Part shown: positions 57,251 through 64,000 of the stretch, piece by piece
Numbering within the stretch: the first letter of the stretch is position 1
Layout: every line of letters begins with the position of its first letter
DNA from: the human T2T-CHM13v2.0 reference genome, Homo sapiens
NCBI RefSeq assembly: GCF_009914755.1
Contig: NC_060933.1
Strand: one strand, 5' to 3'
DNA length: 64,000 nt
Position numbers and translations under genes: made by a program
Notes under the pieces: model-generated
What the model saw: only the letters and a program-made list of their open reading frames with translations
The model's database searches: none
What the model was told of the DNA's origin: nothing

Positions 57251-58269
57251 TCCATTCCATTCCATTCCCTTCCATTCCACTGTGGTTGATTCCATTCCTT
57301 TCCATTCTACTCGATTGCATTCCCTTCTATTCCACTCGGATTGATTCCATTCCATTCCGTTCCATTCCATTCCATTTCGTTCCATTCCATTCTATTCCAT
57401 TCCATTCCATTCCATTCCTTTCCATTCCAATCCGTTCCATTCCATTCCATTCCGTTCCATTCCATTCCATTCCATTCCATTTCTTTCCATTCCATTCTAT
57501 TCCATACCATTCCATTCCATTCCGTTCCATGCCATTCCACTCGGGTTGATTCCATTGCTTTCCATTCCATTTGGGTTGAATCCATTCCATTCCATTCCAT
57601 TCCATTCCATTCCATTCCATTGCACAAGGGTTCATTCCATTCTATTCCATTCCATTCCATTCCATTCCATTCCATTCCATTTCTTTCCATTCCATTCAAT
57701 TCCTTACCATTCCATTCCATTCCATTCCATTCCATTCCATTCCGGATGATTCCATTCCATTGCATTCCATTCCATTCCATTCCCCTGCACTCGGGTTGAT
57801 TCCATTCCATTCCACTCCATTCCGTTCCATTCCATTCCATTCCATTGTATTCGAGTTAATTCCATTCCATTCCATTCCATTCCATTCCATTCCATCACAA
57901 TCGAGTTGGTTCCATTCCATTCCATTCCATTCCAATCCATTCCATTCCATTCCGGATGATTCCATTCCATTACATTCCGTTCCATTACATTCCGCTGCAC
58001 TCGGGTTGATTCCATTCCATTCCATTCCATTCCATTCCATTCCATTCCAATTCTTTCCATTCCATTCTATTCCGTACCATTCCATTCCATTCCATACCAT
58101 TCCATTCCATTCCATTCCATTCCATTCCGTTCCGTTCCGTTCCGTTCCGTTTCATTCCATTCCATTCCATTTTATTCGGGTTAATCCCATTCCATTCCAT
58201 TCCATTCCATTCCATTCTATTCCATTCCATTGCAATCGAGTTGAATCCATTGCATTCCATTCCATTCCA

Positions 58270-61200
58270 TTCCGGAAGATTCCATTCCACTGCATTCCTT
58301 TCCATTCCATTCCGGAAGATTCCATTCCATTGCATTCCATTCCATTCCATTCCCCTGCACTCGCGTTGATTCCATTCAATTCCATTCCATTCCATTCCAT
58401 TCCGTTCCGTTTCATTCCATTCCATTCCATTCCTTTCCGTTCCCTTCCGTTCCATTCCATTCCATACTATTCGGGTTAATTCCATTCCATTCCATTCGAT
58501 TGCAATCCAGTTGATTCCATTCCATTCCATTCCATTCCATTCCATTCCATTCCTTTCCATTCCATTACGGATGATTCCATTCCATTACATTACATTCCAT
58601 TCCATTCCCCTGTACTCGGGCTGATTCCATTCCATTCCATTCCATTAAATTCTATTCCATTCCATTCCGTTCCATTCCGGAAGATTCCATTCCATTGCAT
58701 TCCATTCCATTCCATTCCCCTGCACTCGCGTTGATTGCATTCCATTCCATTCCATTCCATTCCATTCCATTTTCTTCCGTTCCATTCCATTCCATTCCAT
58801 TCGATTCCATTCCGTTCCGTTCCGTTGCATTCCATTCCATTCCATTCTATTCGGGTTAATTCCATTCCATTCCATTCGATTGCAATCGTGTTGATTCCAT
58901 TCCATTCCATTCCATTCCATTCCATTCCATTCCTTTCCATTCCGTTACGGATGATTCCATTCCATTGCATTCCATTCCATTCCATTCCCCTTTACTCGGG
59001 TTGATTCCATTCCATTGCATTCCAAACCATGCCCTTCCACTCGTGTTGATTCCATTCTTTCCATTCCATTCAAGTTGAATTCATTCCATTGCATTCCACT
59101 CAATTCGAATCCATTCGATTGCACTCGGGTTGATTCCATTCCATTGCATTCCATTCCATTCCATTCCATTCCATTCCATTCCGTTCCATTCCGTTCCATT
59201 CCATTCCATTACATTCGGATTGATTCTATTCAATTCCCTTACACTCCATTACATTCCATTCCATTCGGGTAGTTTCCATTCCATTCTATTCCATTCCTCT
59301 CCATTCCATTGCACTCGGGTTGATTCCATTCCATTGCATTCCATTCCATTCCTTTCAATTCCATTCCGTTCCATTCCATTCCATTACATTCGGATTGATT
59401 CTATTCAACTCCCTTACTCTCCATTACATTCCATTCCATTCGGGTTGTTCCATTCCATTCCATTCCATTCCACTCCTTTCCATTGCACTCGGGTTTATTC
59501 CATTCCACTCCATTCCATTCCATTCCATTCCGGAAGATTCCATTCCATTGCATTCCGTTCCATTCCATTCCCCTGCACTCGCGTTGATTCCATTCCACTC
59601 TATTCCATTCCATTCCATTCCATTCCATTCCATTCCATTCCTTTCCGTTCCATTCCATTCCATTCCATTCCATTCCATTCCATTCCGTTCCGTTCCGTTC
59701 CGTTCCGCTCGATTCTATTCCATTCCATTCTATTCGGGTTAAATCCATTCCATTCCATTCGATTGCAATCGAGTTGATTCCATTCCATTCCATTCCATTC
59801 CATGCCATTCCACTCGTGTTGATTCCATTCTTTCCATTCCATTCAAGTTGAATCCATTCCATTGCATTCCATTCCATTCGATTCCACTCAATTGCAGTCG
59901 GGTTGATTCCATGGCATTGCATTCCATTCCATTCCATTCCATTCCATTCCATTCCATTCTTTTCCATTCCATTCCATTCCATTGCATTCGGATTCATTCT
60001 ATTCAATTCCCTTACACTCCATTACATTCCATTCCATTCGTGTAGTTTCCATTCCATTCCATTCCATTCCTCTCCATTCCATTGCACTCGGGTTGATTCC
60101 ATTCCATTCCATTCCATTCCATTCCATTCCATTCCATTCCATTCCGGATGATTCCATTCCATTGAATTGCATTCCATTCCATTCCCCTGCACTTGGGTTG
60201 ATTCCATTCCATTCCATTCCATTCCTTTCTTTTACATTCCATTTCATTCCATTCCATTCTTTCGTGTTAATTCCATTCTATTCTATTCCATTCCATTCCA
60301 TTGAAATCGAGTTGATTCCATTCCATTCCTTTCCATTACATTCCATTCCATTCCGTTCCATTTCATTCTATTCGGGTTAATTCCATTCCATTCCATTCCA
60401 CTCCATTCCAGTCCTTTCCATTCCATTCCACTCGGGTTGATTCCATTCTATTCCTTTCAATTCCATTCCATTCCTTTGCAATCGAGTTGATTCCATTCGA
60501 GTTGAATCCATTCCATTCCATTCCATTCCATTCCATTCCATTCCATTGCACACGGGTTCATTCCATTCCATTCCATTCCATTCCATTTCATTCCATTCCA
60601 TTCTATTCCGTACCATTCCATTCCATCCCTTTCCATTCCGTTCCATTCCATGCCATTACACTCGGGTTGATTCCAGTCCTTTCTATTCCATTCTTGTTGA
60701 ATCCATTCCATTCCATTCCATTCCATTCGAATCCATTCCATTGCACTCGGGTTGATTCCATTCCATTCCATTCCATTCCATTTCATTCCATTCCATTCCA
60801 TTACATTCGGATTAATTCTATTCAATTCTCTTACACTCCATTACATTCCATTCCATTCGGGATGTTTCCATTCCATTCCATTCCATTCCACTCCATTCCA
60901 TTGCATCAGGTTGATTGCATTCCATTCCATTCCATTCCATTCCGGATGATTCCATTCCATTGCATTCCATTCCATTCCATTCCCCTGCACTCGGGTTGAT
61001 TCGATTCCATTCCATTCCATTCCATTCCATTCCATTCCATTCCGTTCCATTCCATTCCATTCCATTCTATTCCGGTTAATTGTATTCTATTCCATTCGAT
61101 TCCATTCCATTCCATTCCATTCCATTGCAATCGAGTTGATTCCATTCCATTCCGTTCCGGATGATTCCATTCCATTCCATTCCATTCCCTTCCATTCCCT

Positions 61201-63469
61201 GCAGTCGGGTTGATTCCATTCCTTTCCATTCCATTCCATTCCATTCCATTCCGTTCCATTCCATTCCATTCCATTCTATTCGGGTTAATTCCATTCCGTT
61301 CCATTCCATTCCATTCCACTCCATTCCAGTCCTTTCCATTCCATTACACTCCGTTTGATTCCATTGTATTCCTTTCCATTCCATTCCATTCCATTGCAAT
61401 CGAGTTGATTCCATTTCTTTGCATTCCATTCTATTCCATTCCATTCCGGATGATTCCATTCCATTGCATTCCATTCCATTCCATTCCCCTGCACTCGGGT
61501 TGATTCCATTCCATTCCACTCCATTCCGTTCCATTCCATTCCATTGCATTGTATTCGGGTTAATTCCATTCCATTCCATTCCATTCCATTCCATTCCATT
61601 CCATTGCAATCGAATTGATTCCACTCCATTCCATTCCATTCCATTCCATTCCAGTCCTTTCCATTCCATTCCACTCGGGTTGATTCCATTCTATTAGTTT
61701 CCAATCCATTCCATTCCCTTCCATTCCACTCTGGTTGATTCTATTCCTTTCCATTCCACTCCAAAACATTCCCTCCTATTCCACTCGGAACGATTCCATT
61801 CCATTCCATTCCATTCCATTCCATTCCATTCCAGTTCGTTCCATTCCGTTCTATTCCGTACCATTCCATTGCATTCCATTGCTTTCCATTCCATTCCTTT
61901 CCACTCGTGTTGATTCCATTCCTTTCCATTCCATTCGGTTTGAAGGCATTCCATTCCATTCAATTCCATTCCATTCCATTCCATTCCATTCCATTCCATT
62001 CCATTCCATTCCATTCCATTCCATTCTATTCCATTCCATTGCAATCGAGTTGAATCCACTGCCTTTCATTCCATTCCATTCCATTCCATTCCATTCCGGA
62101 AGATTCCATTCCATTACATTCCATTCCATTCCATTCCCCTGCACTCGCGTTGATTCCATTCCATTCCATTCCATTCCGTTCCGTTCCATTCCATTCCATT
62201 CCATTCCATTCCATTCCATTCCGTTCCGTTCCGTTCCGTTCCATTCCATTCCATTCCATTCTATTCGGGTTAATTCCATTCCATTCCATTCGATTGCCAT
62301 CGAGTTGATTCCATTCCATTCCATTCCAGTCCATTCCATTCCATTCCATTCATTTCCATTCCATTACGGATGACTTCATTCCATTGCATTCCATTCCATT
62401 CCATTCCCGTGTACTCGGGTTGATTCCATTCCATTCCATTCCACTCCATTTGGTTCCGTTGCATTCCATTCTATTGCATTCCATTCTATTCGGGTTAATT
62501 CCATTCCGTTCTATTCCATTCCATTCCATTCCATTCCATTGCAATGAAGTTGATTCCATTCCATTCCATTTCATTAGATTCCATTCCGGAAGATTCCATT
62601 CCATTGCATTCCATTCCATTCCATTCCCCTGCACTCGCGTTGACACCATTCCATTCCATTCCATTCCATTCCATTCCGTTCCGTTCCGTTCCGTTCCTTT
62701 CCGTTCCGTTCCATTCCATTCCATTCCATTCCATTCCATTCCGTTCCGTTCCATTCTATTCCATTCCATTCTATTCGGGTTAATTCCATTCCATTCCATT
62801 CGATTGCAATCGTGTTGATTCCATTCCATTCCATTCCATTCCATTCCATTCCATTCCATTCCTTTCCATTGCATTACGGATGATTCCATTCCATTGCATT
62901 CCATTCCATTCCATTCCCCTGTACTCGGGTTGATTCCATTCCATTGCATTCCAATCCATGCCCTTCCACTCGTGTTGATTCCATTCTTTCCATTCCGTTC
63001 AAGTTGAATCCATTCCATTGCATTCCATTCCATTCGATTCCATTCGATTGCACTCGGGTTGATTCCATTCCATTGCATTCCATTCCATTCCATTCCATTC
63101 CATTCCATTCCGTTCCATTCCATTCCATTACATTCGGATTGATTCTATTCAATTCCCTTACATTCCATTACGTTCCATTCCATTCGGGTAGTTTGCATTC
63201 CATTCCATTCCATTCCTCTCCATTCCATTGCACTCGGGTTGATTCCACTCCATTGCATTCCATTCCATTCCATTCAATTCCATTCCGTTCCATTCCATTC
63301 CATTACATTCGGATTGATTCTATTCATCTCCCTTAGTCTCCATTACATTCCATTCCATTCGGGTTGTTCCATTCCATTCCATTCCATACCACTCCATTCC
63401 ATTGCACTCGGGTTGATTCCATTCCATTCCATTCCATTCCATTCCATTCCATTCCATTCCGGAAGATTC
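58270..63469. promoter_or_regulatory. Series of 7 perfect heat-shock elements (TTCcgGAAgaTTC)
   Basis: 13-mers start at ~58270, 58310, 58675, 59528, 62094, 62584 and 63457. Confidence 0.6.
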
Positions 63470-63903
63470 CATTCCATTGCATTCCATTCCATTCCATTCC
63501 CCTGCACTCGCGTTGATTCCATTCCATTCCATTCCATTCCATTCCTTTCTGTTCCATTCCATTGCATTCCATTCCATTCCATTCCATTCCGTTCCGTTAT
63601 GTTCCATTCCATTCCATTCCATTCTATTCTGGTTAATTCCATTCCATTCCATTCGATTGCAATCGAGTTGATTCCATTCCATTCCATTCCATTCCATTCC
63701 ATTCCATTCCATTCCATTCCTTTCCATTCCATTACGGATGATTCCATTCCATTGCATTCCATTCCATTCCATTCCCCTGTACTCGGGTTGATTCCATTCC
63801 ATTCCATTCCAATCCATGGCATTCCACTCGTGTTGATTCCATTCTTTCCATTCCATTCAAGTTGAATCCATTCCATTCCATTCCATTCCATTCCATTCCA
63901 TTC

Positions 63904-63933
63904 CGTTCCGTTCCGTTCCGTTCCGTTCCGTTC
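63904..63933 (+). repeat. (CGTTC)6 variant-pentamer microsatellite
   Basis: Six consecutive CGTTC units, read directly. Confidence 0.9.
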
Positions 63934-64000
63934 CATTCCATTCCATTCCATTCTATTCGGGTTAATTCCATTCCATTCCATTCGATTGCAATCTAGTCGA

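Larger units (their letters stand above)
43400..57620 (+). repeat. Large direct duplication: ~43.4-50.4 kb versus ~52.2-57.6 kb
   Basis: Collinear rare markers are offset by 8.7-8.84 kb: CCACACGGG 43682/52484; CGCTTTAATTGC 44132/52949; GGATGACTCC 44774/53601; GCAATCCAG 44942/53779; GTATGACTCC 46718/55465; GAGTTGTATCC 47187/55889. Confidence 0.85.
28671..57700 (+). repeat. HSat3 sub-domain B with a distinct variant vocabulary
   Basis: Markers are CATGCCATTCCACTCGGGTTTATTCC, GCACACGGGTTCATTCC, CACTAGGTTTG, TTTGGGTTGAATC, GGGTGGATTCC, GATTCTTTTTAA, CTATTAGGGTTAA and GAGTTGAACCC. The A markers GGAAGA, CTCGCG, TACGGATG and CAAGTTGAATCC were not seen here. Confidence 0.8.
1..64000 (+). repeat. Satellite III (HSat3)-type pericentromeric satellite array, (CATTC)n on the + strand
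   Basis: Every line is dominated by ATTCC/CATTC pentamers, interspersed hundreds of times with ACTCGGGTTG, AATCGAGTTG and ATTCGGGTTA. (ATTCC)n plus A(C/T)TCGGGTTG is the classical Satellite III signature, unlike HSat2, which is ATTCCATTCG/ATG-rich. The C-rich strand stays on + throughout, with no inversion seen. Confidence 0.97.
57701..64000 (+). repeat. HSat3 sub-domain A (right)
   Basis: The A markers return: GGAAGATTCC (from 58270), CTCGCGTTG (~58360), TACGGATG (~58566), CAAGTTGAAT (~59071, 59844, 63000, 63858) and GGGTTGTTCC (~59442, 63361). Confidence 0.8.

Noticed and set aside
129-63981. Hundreds of ORFs encoding poly-MEWNG (- strand) and poly-IPFHS (+ strand), up to 442 aa (40741..42069)
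   Set aside because: The pentamer has no stop codon in any frame and supplies ATG on the minus strand. ORFs overlap in all six frames and show no domain content. The peptide matches the poly-WNGME product known from SCA31 (TGGAA)n repeats, but nothing here shows translation.
1-64000. CRISPR-like repeat/spacer appearance
   Set aside because: The interspersed motifs are themselves recurrent, irregularly spaced and derived from the pentamer. There are no unique spacers and no cas genes.
1-64000. GGAA microsatellite (EWS-FLI1-type) or G-quadruplex potential on the minus strand
   Set aside because: The unit is GGAAT, not tandem GGAA, and G runs of three or more are isolated and far apart.
63991-64000. 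ATCTAGTCGA at the window end as a possible array boundary or foreign junction
   Set aside because: It differs from the expected ATCGAGTTGA by only two substitutions and stays in register. It cannot be judged without flanking sequence.
1-64000. Assignment to a specific chromosome or named subfamily (e.g. 9q12, DYZ1, D15Z1)
   Set aside because: No regular 3.6 kb or 1.8 kb period is visible, and assignment needs a k-mer comparison with reference arrays that I cannot run.
1-64000. Embedded Alu, L1 or other non-satellite insertion, or a strand inversion
   Set aside because: No poly-A tract, no GGAAT-oriented tract on + and no extended non-satellite stretch was seen on reading through.

Overview
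The whole 64 kb window is one uninterrupted classical satellite array in a single orientation. It consists of diverged (CATTC)n/(GGAAT)n pentamers punctuated by ACTCGGGTTG/AATCGAGTTG-type decamers, the signature of human/hominoid Satellite III (HSat3). I found no credible gene, RNA gene, transposon or CRISPR array. The ORF track is an artefact of the stop-free pentamer, which translates to poly-IPFHS on + and poly-MEWNG on -. The array is not homogeneous: diagnostic variants split it into an A-B-A arrangement (A ~1-28.7 kb, B ~28.7-57.7 kb, A ~57.7-64 kb) with different motif vocabularies. Domain B contains a young ~3.05 kb higher-order repeat (about 3.3 copies), a ~1.57 kb tandem duplication nested in a larger duplication offset by ~8.8 kb, and an exact 120 bp duplication. 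The most notable functional-looking signal is a perfect heat-shock element, TTCnnGAAnnTTC (mostly TTCcgGAAgaTTC). I read it 24 times in the A domains and never across the ~31 kb that spans domain B. All positions were read by eye: single motifs are accurate to a few bases and domain boundaries to about 100 bp. Chromosome and subfamily cannot be assigned without a search.
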